A stretch of 63,468 nucleotides of DNA, counting the filler, from Octopus bimaculoides (taxonomy: Eukaryota): assembly GCF_001194135.2 (NCBI RefSeq). It is 6 parts of 5 records of this genome, joined end to end, with 100 filler letters (N's around TTAATTAATTAA, not from the genome) between each part and the next. Parts side by side here need not be neighbours in the genome. Positions count along the whole stretch, not along the records: positions 1 to 6,119 come from NC_068994.1; positions 6,220 to 30,882 come from NC_068986.1; 4 more parts are not named here. The stretch is one strand, 5' to 3'. The notes under the pieces are model-generated. The model was not told the DNA's origin and ran no database searches. It saw only the letters and a list, made by a program, of their open reading frames with translations. Positions 1 to 13,069 of the stretch are shown here, one piece after another; the stretch's first letter is position 1, and the number at the start of each line of letters is the position of its first letter. The translations under genes and the position numbers were made by a program.

Positions 1-23
1 TTTTGAGTGGGTAGTAGACTTAG

Positions 24-413
24 AGGCGCAAGCATGTCTGTGTGGTTAAGAAAGTTCGCTTTCCAGCCACCAGGTTTCGAATTCAGATCCATCGTGCGGT
101 ACCTCTGCTACAGTCCCGGACAGACCAATGCCTTCTAAGTGAATTAAGTAGACGGAGACTGTGTAGAAGCCCATGATATGTGTGTGTGTGAGTGAGGCGG
201 AGGGTTGTGTGTGTCTTTGTGTTTGTCCACACCACCGCTTGACAACCAGTATTGGTTTGTTAACGTTCCGTAACTTAGCAGTTCGGCAAACGTGTCTGAT
301 AGAGTAAGTACCAAACTTAAGAATTGGTACCGAGGTCGACTTGTTTGACTAAAACCTTTCAAGGTGGTGATCCAGAATGGCCACAGTCCAACGACTGAAA
401 CAAGTAAAAGATA
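24..413 (+). mobile_element. tRNA-derived CORE-type SINE, family A
   Basis: Head ggcgca..tgtgtggttaag..ggttcgaattc, internal microsatellite and tail ...caagtaaaag; many copies in the window. Confidence 0.75.
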
Positions 414-1089
414 AACCAAAAACAGTTCAGTTGTGAGCATCCTGCCATTNNNNNNNNNNNNNNNNNNNNNNNNNNNNNNNNNNNNNNNNNNNNNNNNNNN
501 NNNNNNNNNNNNNNNNNNNNNNNNNNNNNNNNNNNNNNNNNNNNNNNNNNNNNNNNNNNNNNNNNNNNNNNNNNNNNNNNNNNNNNNNNNNNNNNNNNNN
601 NNNNNNNNNNNNNNNNNNNNNNNNNNNNNNNNNNNNNNNNNNNNNNNNNNNNNNNNNNNNNNNNNNNNNNNNNNNNNNNNNNNNNNNNNNNNNNNNNNNN
701 NNNNNNNNNNNNNNNNNNNNNNNNNNNNNNNNNNNNNNNNCAAGCACACACATACACACACACGCGCGCTAATACACCATAATATTTATACATAATAGTA
801 TGATATTATGGGAAAGTGCAGCATTGACAACAAAACATTTGCGGAGTAAGTGATGGGCTAATTCGACTAAGAAACATGTTATGCGTCTGTTTGGAGTATT
901 TCAGGCCCTAACCTGTCATGGGAAATTGGAGGTGGGGGGTTATGTGATTTTTGAACGCACCAAAAGATTAAGATTATTAACCCCACAGAGAGAGGAAAGA
1001 AGAGAGACAGCGTAGCTGACTGTCATCCTGTACTCCCCTTGTTGCTAGCGAAATGGCATATGCCGGCTGTGTGAGCAACTGGTTGTTTT

Positions 1090-1295
1090 AATGGGTAACA
1101 AACAGGACATTAAAGATTACAAAAATAGCGATTCTCACTTTGAAACTAACGATTTTGAAAATCTTTTTAGATTACGGAACGCCCAGCTCTCTCGTGTATC
1201 CATGTTTAAAATTTCAGCGCGACCGGATGAGCAATACTCGAATTATAAGCGTACAAACAGACAGACAGACGGAACGGATTTTATATATTAAGATA
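1090..1295 (+). mobile_element. Possible Helitron/Helentron-associated non-autonomous element end
   Basis: Ends in acagacagacagacgga...ttttatatattaagat, resembling DINE-1/Lep1-like termini. Confidence 0.3.
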
Positions 1296-1343
1296 CACGA
1301 GTACCGATCAATAAGTATCTGGAGTGTTGCCTTAGTAACGAAG

Positions 1344-1690
1344 TTAAAGCACGCAAAGTGAGGCTGAAGATTTGCGTATGAGAAGTGTGTCTGCCAAGTT
1401 TGTGCCAAAACTGCTTTCAACTGACCAAAAAGACACTCGGGTTTCAGTGGCATAAGATCTCCTTGATTGTGTCGAGAACGATGACAACTTTTTGAAAGCT
1501 TTGCGTAGGCCTCTGAGCAGGTATCGCCAAGCTTTTGGCAAAATTTGATGCAGGTTCTATGCTCATCTTTGTCATAGTCAATGCGATTATCACACGCTAC
1601 ACACGTTCCTTCCAAGCACTGCTGTAAACAGCAGAAGTGAGCTAGAACGTTAAAATTTACTGTGGATGCACAGCAGAGGTCAAGATCAAT
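1344..1690 (-). mobile_element. Mariner transposase 5' remnant
   Basis: The minus frame gives DEHRTCIKFCQKLGDTCSEAYAKLSK, like the mariner N-terminal EQRxCIKFCxKLGKxxxE motif. Confidence 0.65.
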
Positions 1691-1858
1691 CTGTGCCAAG
1701 AGGCTTCACTCTCCGTGTTTTAGCGTCGTTATTATAGCAACAGTCCGGATACTTATTGATCAGACACGTATATACCTGAACGTACATAAACACTCACACA
1801 CATATACATGCATGTATACATATATGTATACATATATGGCTGTGTATTTATATACATA

Positions 1859-1901
<43 letters not shown>

Positions 1902-1926
1902 GCATGTGCGTGCATACATACATACA

Positions 1927-1944
<18 letters not shown>

Positions 1945-1959
<15 letters not shown>

Positions 1960-2235
1960 TTATATGTACACATACACATACATACAAACATGCATATATC
2001 TATTCGCATACATATGCGCATGTACGTGCATATATATACATACATACATATATTTCTATGTACACATGCACATACATACAAACATGCATATATCTATTCG
2101 CATACATATGCGCATGTGCGTGCATATATATACATACATACATATATTTCTATGTACACAAGCACATACATACATACAAACATGCATATATCTATTAGCA
2201 TACATATGTGCATGTGTGCGTGTGTATGTACATAT
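1945..2235. repeat. Minisatellite, ~94-98-bp unit, about 3 copies, built from CA/TA microsatellite motifs
   Basis: aaacatgcatatatctatt.gcatacatatg recurs at 1986, 2080 and 2178. Confidence 0.8.
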
Positions 2236-3881
2236 CTATATACATTTGTATTATGTAAAAAAGAAAGAAAGAAAAAAAACACAGCAACGTTGTAGGCTTG
2301 GACCTTTCTTTTTGTTTTTGTTTTCATCATTTCTTTGTTTTGTTATTGCATATTAAGTTATATTTCTGTCTTGGTTTATCAGTGATTTATAAGTTCTTTT
2401 AATAATACGATGTGTTTGTTCCACGATCTATTCTTGCTATCGATTTAACCAAACCTTCTTTACTTCCTTGAACTGGTTTCTTATCTTCACGAGATTAAAA
2501 ACAAACAAATAACTAAAAATTATAATATATAGCATATATATATATATATATATATATATANNNNNNNNNNNNNNNNNNNNNNNNNNNNNNNNNNNNNNNN
2601 NNNNNNNNNNNNNNNNNNNNNNNNNNNNNNNNNNNNNNNNNNNNNNNNNNNNNNNNNNNNNNNNNNNNNNNNNNNNNNNNNNNNNNNNNNNNNNNNNNNN
2701 NNNNNNNNNNNNNNNNNNNNNNNNNNNNNNNNNNNNNNNNNNNNNNNNNNNNNNNNNNNNNNNNNNNNNNNNNNNNNNNNNNNNNNNNNNNNNNNNNNNN
2801 NNNNNNNNNNNNNNNNNNNNNNNNNNNNNNNNNNNNNNNNNNNNNNNNNNNNNNNNNNNNNNNNNNNNNNNNNNNNNNNNNNNNNNNNNNNNNNNNNNNN
2901 NNNNNNNNNNNNNNNNNNNNNNNNNNNNNNNNNNNNNNNNNNNNNNNNNNNNNNNNNNNNNNNNNNNNNNNNNNNNNNNNNNNNNNNNNNNNNNNNNNNN
3001 NNNNNNNNNNNNNNNNNNNNNNNNNNNNNNNNNNNNNNNNNNNNNNNNNNNNNNNNNNNNNNNNNNNNNNNNNNNNNNNNNNNNNNNNNNNNNNNNNNNN
3101 NNNNNNNNNNNNNNNNNNNNNNNNNNNNNNNNNNNNNNNNNNNNNNNNNNNNNNNNNNNNNNNNNNNNNNNNNNNNNNNNNNNNNNNNNNNNNNNNNNNN
3201 NNNNNNNNNNNNNNNNNNNNNNNNNNNNNNNNNNNNNNNNNNNNNNNNNNNNNNNNNNNNNNNNNNNNNNNNNNNNNNNNNNNNNNNNNNNNNNNNNNNN
3301 NNNNNNNNNNNNNNNNNNNNNNNNNNNNNNNNNNNNNNNNNNNNNNNNNNNNNNNNNNNNNNNNNNNNNNNNNNNNNNNNNNNNNNNNNNNNNNTAAATA
3401 AGAGCTTAAAGATGATCCATTGTAAAAACTTTATTATGACCTATTATCATTTCGATGCAATATCCAGACCAACTCATGCATATTATAAAATATGGAATAT
3501 TGTATCTCTTCAGGGTCAGATTAATTCATAGCAGACAGTAAAAATAGACAACATTCATAGTTGTCCTAGAATTACATGTAAATAAACAAGTTGAAAAGAC
3601 ATGATACGTAATGAAACCGTATAGCATGTCGGTCTTGAAACCGTTAGAAAGCAGAGTAAATGAGAAGTGGTGCTAAGTTATGAAGTTATCCTATGAAGTT
3701 AAATGGCGAACAAGTACGGGACGCTGCACATTAAAAAAAAAACCGGTGGACTTATGAAAGTAAATAAAAAAAAAACAAGAACGAAGAAAAAACCGTTAGA
3801 TATAAAAAATATCAAAAATATATGTTTTTACACAAGTTAATGGTCAAATAGAAGTAAAACTAAAAGAAAGAAGACAGCAAA

Positions 3882-3926
3882 GGACCACTGATGAGGTCAC
3901 AGAAGTGTGACGAAAGAACTCTGGCC
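3882..3926 (+). ncRNA. Minimal type I hammerhead ribozyme motif
   Basis: GGACCA-CTGATGA-G-GTCAC(agaagt)GTGAC-GAAA-G(AA)C-TC-TGGCC: perfect 5-bp stem II, short stem III, CUC triplet, stem I with a 1-nt bulge. Confidence 0.65.
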
Positions 3927-5931
3927 GAAATAGGATTAATGTAATATAAAGCTGAAGCAAATTAACACCAAATATACAGTGCGTGTGTTTTTATTGGCTA
4001 AACTGGCAATATGACCATCCCCAAGTACAACAACATAATAAGTATATAATATTGCGTTTAATGTTATTCCAGATAACCATGATCGTTATCGTCCCCGCTA
4101 CTAAAATACATGAACTGGCAACATTGGTGCTGCGCCGAACTAAATAATTTACAATGTTTACATTCAGCTTTACCAGTTCCTGCTTCTATCCTTTTAAGTT
4201 CGAATTCCTTCGGTACCGAATTTGTCTTTTATTTCTCTGGAGGACCTCAGGTAGCGCTGGATTTAAACACCAAACAAGATAAGCACCTTCTTCTTCTTCT
4301 TCTTCTTCTTCTTCTTCTTCTTCTTNNNNNNNNNNNNNNNNNNNNNNNNNNNNNNNNNNNNNNNNNNNNNNNNNNNNNNNNNNNNNNNNNNNNNNNNNNN
4401 NNNNNNNNNNNNNNNNNNNNNNNNNNNNNNNNNNNNNNNNNNNNNNNNNNNNNNNNNNNNNNNNNNNNNNNNNNNNNNNNNNNNNNNNNNNNNNNNNNNN
4501 NNNNNNNNNNNNNNNNNNNNNNNNNNNNNNNNNNNNNNNNNNNNNNNNNNNNNNNNNNNNNNNNNNNNNNNNNNNNNNNNNNNNNNNNNNNNNNNNNNNN
4601 NNNNNNNNNNNNNNNNNNNNNNNNNNNNNNNNNNNNNNNNNNNNNNNNNNNNNNNNNNNNNNNNNNNNNNNNNNNNNNNNNNNNNNNNNNNNNNNNNNNN
4701 NNNNNNNNNNNNNNNNNNNNNNNNNNNNNNNNNNNNNNNNNNNNNNNNNNNNNNNNNNNNNNNNNNNNNNNNNNNNNNNNNNNNNNNNNNNNNNNNNNNN
4801 NNNNNNNNNNNNNNNNNNNNNNNNNNNNNNNNNNNNNNNNNNNNNNNNNNNNNNNNNNNNNNNNNNNNNNNNNNTTTCTTCTTCTCCTTTTTCTTCTTCT
4901 TCTTCTTCCTCCTCCTCCTCCTCCTCCTCCTCCTGCTGCTGCTGCTGCTGCCGCCGCTGATTACAACCGCTAGTTTGCTTCTTCTTGCCATTGTAGCAAA
5001 CACACACCATTACTGCCCTCTTCTTACACGCTCCACTTGCAGCATTCTAAACAACCATACTTCTCTGCAGTTGTTTACCGCCATTATAATTGCAGTTTGC
5101 ATTTTATTGTTATTGTCGCTCTTTTTACACTTGTTGCTGCAGTTGCTGTCCTTGTTGTTGTTGTCCTTGTTGTTGCTGTCCTTGTTGTTGTTGTCCTTGT
5201 TGTTGTTGTTGTTGTTGCTTTTCATTCTTCTCTTGTCGGTTCTTTCCTCACAGCTGTGGCAGCTTTTGTCCTTCCGTCTCGGTCGCCGCAACAGCCATCT
5301 TCATTGTCAACGTTGATATTAATGTTGGTGTTGTCACTGCAGTTTCTATTAGTTTTCTGGCTGTTGTTGCTTTTACTGTTGTTGTAGTTGTTGTTTTTGC
5401 TGCTACTGCTGCTGCTGCTTCTGCTGTTGTTGTTCTTGTTGTTCTCGATGTTGTTGATGATGGTGATGATGTTGTTGTTGTCACTTCTCTTACTTTCGTG
5501 TTCTTATCAAAACCAACTTCTCGCCCAGCTCCGATTGACCAGACATGAATGACGAAAAGCGTTCCGACCATGACCATTCCGTCATTGTCATTTCGTCATC
5601 ACACACCTTCCTGGCACAACTTAATCCTGCGTCACCTTCCTCGGCTCTAAGAGTACACGTTCGGATCTTGAAGCAGATTTGGCTGCTATTTCTAGCAGAT
5701 CTATTGGCCGCGAAGGGTGGTCTCCCTTTGTGGGGTCGATCTCCTACCGCATTTTGCTACCGTGTGTGGGTCTTTTCAATGTGCGCGCACACGCGCCTTA
5801 TTGTGAAGAAACGAGTAAACCTTAACAGACAGCGTCTCTTGACCTCCGTGTGCGTGAGTTTGTTTATTTGAGCATGGCTATGCATGTGTGATCAGTGTGT
5901 CCTTGGGATTGCTTCTCCGTCCTTGTGGATG

Positions 5932-5974
<43 letters not shown>

Positions 5975-6073
5975 TTCTCTCTCTCTGTGTTCCCCTCCGT
6001 ATGATGTATGCGTGTGTTTAAGTGAAGGACAGAGAGAGAGAGAGACAGAGAGACAGAGACACAGGGAAAAAGA

Positions 6074-6108
<35 letters not shown>

Positions 6109-6163
6109 TGCAAGTGTGTNNNNNNNNNNNNNNNNNNNNNNNNNNNNNNNNNNNNNNNNNNNN

Positions 6164-6175
6164 TTAATTAATTAA
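6164..6175. other. Assembly gap spacer TTAATTAATTAA (also at 30927, 38532, 45476, 62085)
   Basis: The identical 12-mer, which gives stops in all six frames, sits within short N runs five times. It is an artefact. Confidence 0.9.
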
Positions 6176-6219
6176 NNNNNNNNNNNNNNNNNNNNNNNNN
6201 NNNNNNNNNNNNNNNNNNN

Positions 6220-6570
6220 AAGGCTGGCCACCAAAGAACATGGAGATCAATGACGAAGTCAACAAGTTCCGTAAGTTATCAAACTCACTTAGTATCTGTC
6301 ATGGATGCCTTATACATGGATCTAGAGTTGTGATTCCACATAGCTTGCAGCCAAAGATCCTCAATCTTCTGCATCTTGGACATTTTGGCATGGAACGCAT
6401 GAAATAACTAGCAAGAACTGCTGTTTATTGGCCTGGTATCGATGCTGCTATAGAGATAGCCAGTCGACGATGTGATTCGTGTAACGAACATCAAAGGCAG
6501 CCATCTAAGCCTCCAGTTCACCCATGGATGTTACCAGAAAAACCGTGGAGCCGCTTACATCTGGACCAAG
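6220..6570 (+). mobile_element. Ty3/Gypsy pol remnant (integrase H2C2 zinc-binding domain and core start)
   Basis: Translates as ...GSRVVIPHSLQPKILNLLHLGHFGMERMK*LARTAVYWPGIDAAIEIASRRCDSCNEHQRQPSKPPVHPWMLPEKPWSRLHLD; contains an internal stop. Confidence 0.9.
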
Positions 6571-6867
6571 AGTCACTCTAACGACTTCCTTCATGAAAAT
6601 GCGTTGTTGTGTAATATCTTAAATTAATACTTTTAAATAATATTTTTAAAACATCGAATGTGCGTTTTACAGCTGCATGTGAATATACATATAGACCTAT
6701 ACACATGTATATGTACACACATAAGCACACACACGCACACACGCACTGTCTCTCCCCCTCTCTCTCTCTTTTATGTACATATACATACAGAGTTATATAA
6801 GCGTATATATTCAATTTGCATATATATATATATATATAAATATATATGCAAATTGAATAGATACGCT

Positions 6868-6924
<57 letters not shown>

Positions 6925-6963
6925 GCATTCATGCACACGCAGACATACATATGTACTTGGTTA

Positions 6964-7348
6964 TGTTGTTGTTGGCACTCCGTCGCTTACGACGTCGAGG
7001 GTTCCAGTTGATCCGATCAACGGAACAGCCTGCTCGTGAAACTAACGTGCAAGTGGCTGAGCACTCCACAGACACGTGTACCCTTAACGTAGTTCTCGGG
7101 GATATTCAGCGTGACACAGTGTGACAAGGCTAACCCTTTGAATTACAGGCACAACAGAAAGAGGAAGTAAGAGTGAGAGAAAGTGGTGAAAGAGTATAGC
7201 AGGGTTTACCACCATCCCCTGCCGGAGCCTCGTGGAGCTTTATGTGTTTTTGCTCAATAAACACTCACAACGCCCGGTCTGGAAATCGAAACCGCGATCC
7301 TATGACCGCGAGTCCGCTGCCCTAACCACTGGGCCATTGCGCCTCCAC
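6964..7348 (-). mobile_element. tRNA-derived SINE family B
   Basis: Head ggaggcgcaatggcccagtggttagg..ggtttcgatt; (caa)n tail; near-identical to the copy at 55077. Confidence 0.85.
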
Positions 7349-7593
7349 GTACTTAGTTACATATACGTATATCAAACTTTTTTCCAATCCAGGACGAAGT
7401 TCAAGGAAGCTGCATTTACATAAGAGATACTTTGATCTATGCATACAAGCTGTTAACAGTTCCGTTCTTTTGTTCAAGTTGCTACTGCTTTGAGTCAAAA
7501 TTCTTAATTTTTCGCTTTAACAAATGTTATATTGCATTTTCTATTTGAAGCTACTGTTCTTATATATGGCTGTGCCCTATCTACAATCGACTG

Positions 7594-7646
7594 GATACAT
7601 CTGAGTTCGTGAGATACATCTGAGTTCGTGAGATACATCTGAGTTC
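7594..7646. repeat. 19-bp tandem repeat, about 2.8 copies
   Basis: gatacatctgagttcgtga at 7594, 7613 and 7632. Confidence 0.9.
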
Positions 7647-8437
7647 ATGCAAGAACGATATAAATTTCGACATAGCTGAAGTGTATTTTGATAGGACTGA
7701 CAAGTGAATTATACCCCAATATAGATTTTAGGTTTATCTCTGCTGTTCGTCTCTGCCTTTGCCAGACAGTTACCATCTAGCGGGCAGTTCTGATGAATTC
7801 TAAAGCTGCATGATCTTCGATGGCTAACTATTTGCCTCTCTTTTCCATTCAGCATTGCAGCTTATATGACAATTGGAATTCATATAAGTTGAAGGACTAA
7901 CTTTAACACAATTCTTATTTAATATCTTCCTATACTTATGCCCTGGCGGAAAATAGTTATCTATTAAACTAAGGAATTCCCGAGCTATATTAATATTAGG
8001 TTAAATATTGAGTTCAACAATAAAATTATTTTTCTATTCCTATCTTTATGCTGTGCACTCCCAGGTTTTTATATATCTAATCTTATCGGAAAACCCATTA
8101 TTTCTTAACGCCTCATTCTAATACCCAGAGCACTGAATTTTGTCGAACGAATGAGAAAGGGGTTCACTAATCTTCCGAGGTTAGTGAATTTAATGCAATT
8201 AATGTTCCTTTTAAACTGTTTCAGGTTAATACATGCAGGAAAGACATGAGTAGGGAGAAGAGTTCATAGGGCCGAGGTTCTGTGAAAAACATAGTGGCAT
8301 AAATGGTTACTAAGGGACCGAGCAGTTTGGACGCACCAAGAATGATGGGATATAAGAAGGCGAGTGGGTCGATAGTGCCTGCGTGATGGAGATATGAGGC
8401 CAACAAACTCTGAAGAACAAGGACTATCATAGTAGCG

Positions 8438-8486
<49 letters not shown>

Positions 8487-8539
8487 GCAGGCAGAGACAG
8501 AGATAGAGGGTAACGGGAAAGAGAGAAAGCACATATATA

Positions 8540-9620
8540 TGTTAAAGGAGGTCGGAGCGTGCCTGTCAGTGACTGAAATTCTATTTGTCAAGTGGCGATC
8601 CTGAATGATAATGTGCGTTGAAACAGCACCGTCCCAGATGTGGGACAGTACCTCAATGTGGGCATCACTTGCACCTTGTAGAGCGTCAGCTGTGTTGTGG
8701 GTGCTGAAATATTTTCTAGAATTGAAGGGAAGAACTAGCCTTTGGTATGCATTTCTAGCAATGATAAGGATGTGCTTTCACTGGGAAAGATCCTTAGTAT
8801 CAGTGAGGCCCAACATATTCAACGACAGTTATGACTATAGCTGAATGTCTCTCATGTTTAATGGGGATGTGATACAGTAATGTTTTCTTAAAATGAGTTG
8901 TGATTGAGTTTTCTTGCTGTTAAAATAAACAGGGTTGGCATTGCCCCACTGAATAACGTTCTCAAGATCCCCGTTTATGGACCCAGTTCAGGTTAGGCGT
9001 GCAGTGTCTAGGCTGTGCGTGGACGATGCATTGTTGGAGAAAGCTAGGGAGAACGGAAAGGTTATGTCACTTGCATAAGAATGGGCGTTGTTACAGCGAG
9101 TAAGTCATTGATGCATAGAAAGAAAAAGTGGTAGACAAAACCGAACCCTGGGGACAATCAGAGTTGATTGAGTCCGCCGCAGAGACAGCTAGCTCAACAC
9201 AATCAGATAGGAAGCAACCGAACCAAGAGAAGAGAGATGAGCGATTGGTGGAACCTATATGCAGGAAGATTTGATAGATTTGTATACTGAATTTTGCTGA
9301 TATCTACATTAACACCATTACTTTCACCAAACTTCCTTTAAGCGAGAGCCCACTGGTGAGTGACTTAAGTGAATAGGTCTCTAGTAAATCCAGCTCTGAT
9401 GTTCATTGAGGAGAGAGCTGTCCAAGATATTAGAGAATGTCGTTGTTACTGGCTGTCTCAGAAATCTCAGAGGTGAAAGCAATATGGCGACAGTTGGTTG
9501 GGTCAGAATTGTGTTTCTTTGAAATGGAACATAGTGAAATGCACGTATAAATATCAGGGTATATCTCCGTAGAGTGAGAGATTACAGAGTTTGGTAAAAA
9601 TAGGAGCAAGTTCCAGCGCG
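8540..9620 (-). mobile_element. Degenerate CR1/L2-type LINE reverse transcriptase
   Basis: Minus-strand fragments INSDCPQGSVLS..INDLL..SYASD (PQGSVL and YADD boxes) and the C-terminal LG..DLS..HI..AR.AYQRL; frameshifted. Confidence 0.7.
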
Positions 9621-9944
9621 CATCTTTTGAGTGTAGTGGAAGAAAAATTACAATGCATGGACATGCAAAGAGACACCCACACGCACATGCACACGCATGC
9701 GCACACATATACAGAGACGTATAAAGATAGATAGATAGATTATCAAGGACATTGATTCAGAAACGTGAAATGTTTTACTAGCTCACCCCTTTAGAACGTA
9801 CTCACACGCTCGCGCGCACGAACTATAACTAATGCTAGAAAACCAAGGCTACAGTTGAAAAATTTCAGTGATTTGTATGGCTGTGTCTGTGTGAGCATCT
9901 TTATGCGTGTGTGTATGCACGTGCGTGCATATATATTTGTGTCT

Positions 9945-9984
<40 letters not shown>

Positions 9985-10424
9985 GCACGCACGCGCACAC
10001 ACACATACATATACACACAGTATGCCATTTTGACTGATGGGGGTCCAACCGCTTAGTCAAGTATCTAGTGCTTGTGTCTACAAATCTACAATGGGACATC
10101 AAACCCGCTCTAAGTTTACAAACAAAAAGCCACAGTTCTCACACATGGCAGAGCGAACAGAATAGACTGGTGACAAGTTGGATTCGTATTTCCGTTTTTC
10201 CCTATTCATTGTTAGCGTATTTAACCTTGAGGACTTAAGGTCTTTTATAGTATCTTATAACATTTTCTAACGTCTACCCAAGGGTCTACAACCAAGTTTA
10301 TGATGGCGCGCTAAATGTTGGGAGACCACTCCTTAGATATAAAGATAAATTGAGAAGGTAATTGTATATTTCAAACGTACCCATAATATACTTTGAAAGA
10401 ATGACGCAGTAACGTAAATTGTGT

Positions 10425-10460
<36 letters not shown>

Positions 10461-10557
10461 GTGTACATGTGTGTGTGTGTGCGTGTGTGCATATACTCAC
10501 ATACACGCACAGAGTACACACACACGCACATATACACATATATTATGTGTGTGTTTT

Positions 10558-10602
<45 letters not shown>

Positions 10603-10604
10603 GC

Positions 10605-10653
<49 letters not shown>

Positions 10654-11184
10654 NNNNNNNNNNNNNNNNNNNNNNNNNNNNNNNNNNNNNNNNNNNNNNN
10701 NNNNNNNNNNNNNNNNNNNNNNNNNNNNNNNNNNNNNNNNNNNNNNNNNNNNNNNNNNNNNNNNNNNNNNNNNNNNNNNNNNNNNNNNNNNNNNNNNNNN
10801 NNNNNNNNNNNNNNNNNNNNNNNNNNNNNNNNNNNNNNNNNNNNNNNNNNNNNNNNNNNNNNNNNNNNNNNNNNNNNNNNNNNNNNNNNNNNNNNNNNNN
10901 NNNNNNNNNNNNNNNNNNNNNNNNNNNNNNNNNNNNNNNNNNNNNNNNNNNNNNNNNNNNNNNNNNNNNNNNNTATATAATACAATTGAAAGCAATCTGC
11001 TCCGAGTATCAAATCTATATACATATACATACAAACATACGTGTATGCACACACATGTGGGATGTGCGTGTGTGTGTGTCAAAATGTATATTTACTTAGT
11101 TTTAATGCTAAGAGCAAATTATTTTCAATTGTACATCCTTTTTCAAGGTTTACTTATGTCAACAATGCAACAGCAAGAGAGCAG

Positions 11185-11219
<35 letters not shown>

Positions 11220-12547
11220 ACATCAACAACAGCAACAGACACAACAACAACAACAGCAGCAGCACCAGCAACTGCAACGACAACAACAGCAGGAGCAACA
11301 ACAAAACAAAATCAACAGAAGCAGCTGTTTCGCGTGACGTCATCAGCTGGTAACTGAGAATTGCAGCATCAAGAGAGGGGCCTTCTGTCTGTAAAATCAG
11401 TCCTAATTTCGTCTTAACGCTTGATTGAGAAATGCTAACAAGACACACATACTCACTCACAGAAAAAAAGCATTTACAAGCACGCTCAAAGAAACATGTA
11501 TAGACTTGAGTATCATAGCACGTTTCAAATCAGGAAATACCTTACAGACTTTCACTCACGTGTCTCATTTGTACATAAAATTGGACATACAGACACACAA
11601 ACAGACACACACAGACGCACGCACACACGCACACACGCAACAACCATATAAAGACAGCCAAATAGACGGACGGACAAGACAGATAAACAGATAGACAGAC
11701 AGTGGAAAGTTCACTTAAAGTGCTGAATGAACTGAAAAGACAAAATAGGCATTAAAATAAATATGTATATCTTATATATTTCGGTGTACTATATTACTGG
11801 CTAACAACATGCATATAAATATATACCACAGCTTTATCAGCAGGTTAATAGAAACAAATATTTGGGAAAAGAAACTTGTTTTATATTCTGGTATAATAGT
11901 AAACAGAAATGTTGATTTCAACATTCATAGCTCCCGGATCGAGCGAATGTATACCAGTAATATAATACTGCATAATTCGATTGACTTAAAATTTATGATT
12001 CCTGCACTTGTACCAGAAATCGCGTCGAACAAAATAACCTGTATGTTCTGAGCTGTGACCATGTCCTCTGCAGATGTGATAAATGCAAGAGAAGACAATC
12101 ATTCAAGCTAGTGAATGTACGCAGCTGAGATCAAGCAAAGTCTGGACATTCACAAAATTTGCAGACTATCATTGACAGCTCAAAGAATTTAGACTAAATA
12201 AGCACGTTGCCCACAAAAGTCCGTTTATTTCTATGAGGAACCGAAAAACGCCCCTTGAATTTTCGCGAGCCCTCATGTATTGTCAAGTACAGTCGTGTGA
12301 AGTGGACAGACAAATATTAATTCAACTAGTTCGGATCTGATGACAGTTTTCGAAGATATCGTGTTAGTGAGGGACTGAATTTTAGCTGTTTCCAAGGCAC
12401 AAAGAAATGATGAGAAAGTGTCATGGTCTAACATGGCTTCCTCGTATAATCGACACCACTAATTAAAATGTGCACAAAGGCATCTTAAGAGATGTCCTTT
12501 TGCACTAGTTTGATAACCATTATCTGTTCGGACGAATCTTAATGCAC

Positions 12548-13069
12548 GGAAGTGTAGCTAGTGTGTGTGTCGCCCAGGGTGGCCCTTGAGTCTGCTGCCC
12601 CTATCCCAGAGGCTAGTAGCAAGGAAAGATATATATATATACAGCAGACCCAAAAGTGCCGCCCCTACAAAGCGTTAGTGCCCCCCCCCCCCACCGACCA
12701 CAGCTACGCTACTGCTGGTGGATGACAATGACCCAAAATACACCGTAAGTTAAGTCAAACAAGAAATTTCTGGTTAAAAAAATTAAGCTAATGGGCACAG
12801 GCGTGTCTGTGTGGTAGGAAATTTGCTTCCTAACCACATGGTTCCGGGTTCAGTACTACTGCGTGGCACTTAAGGCAAGTGTCTTCTACTAATAACCTCA
12901 GGCCGATCAAAGCTTGTGAGTGGATTTGGTAGACGGAAGGCAGCAGTTTTATTTGGAGACGGCACTTCTGCGTCTTATATAAGCCTGTATAGCCTGCATT
13001 ACCGGGGTGGGGATGTAGGGGCAAGCCCAGTTGCTGCACCAAGCGGAACTTACTGTAGCTACGCCACCG
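12548..13069. mobile_element. hAT-like MITE remnants with a nested SINE
   Basis: Degenerate CAGTGGCGTAGCTA-type TIR matches: gtgtagctag near 12555, agctacgctactg near 12702, gtagctacgccaccg near 13056. Confidence 0.35.

Noticed and set aside
4100-4240. BED-finger-like GKAECKHCK on the minus strand
   Set aside because: It lacks the conserved Trp and His ligands and has no associated transposase.
11161-11337. Poly-Q ORF (MQQQEQQQQ...)
   Set aside because: It is a pure trinucleotide repeat with no convincing splice context or non-repetitive coding sequence.
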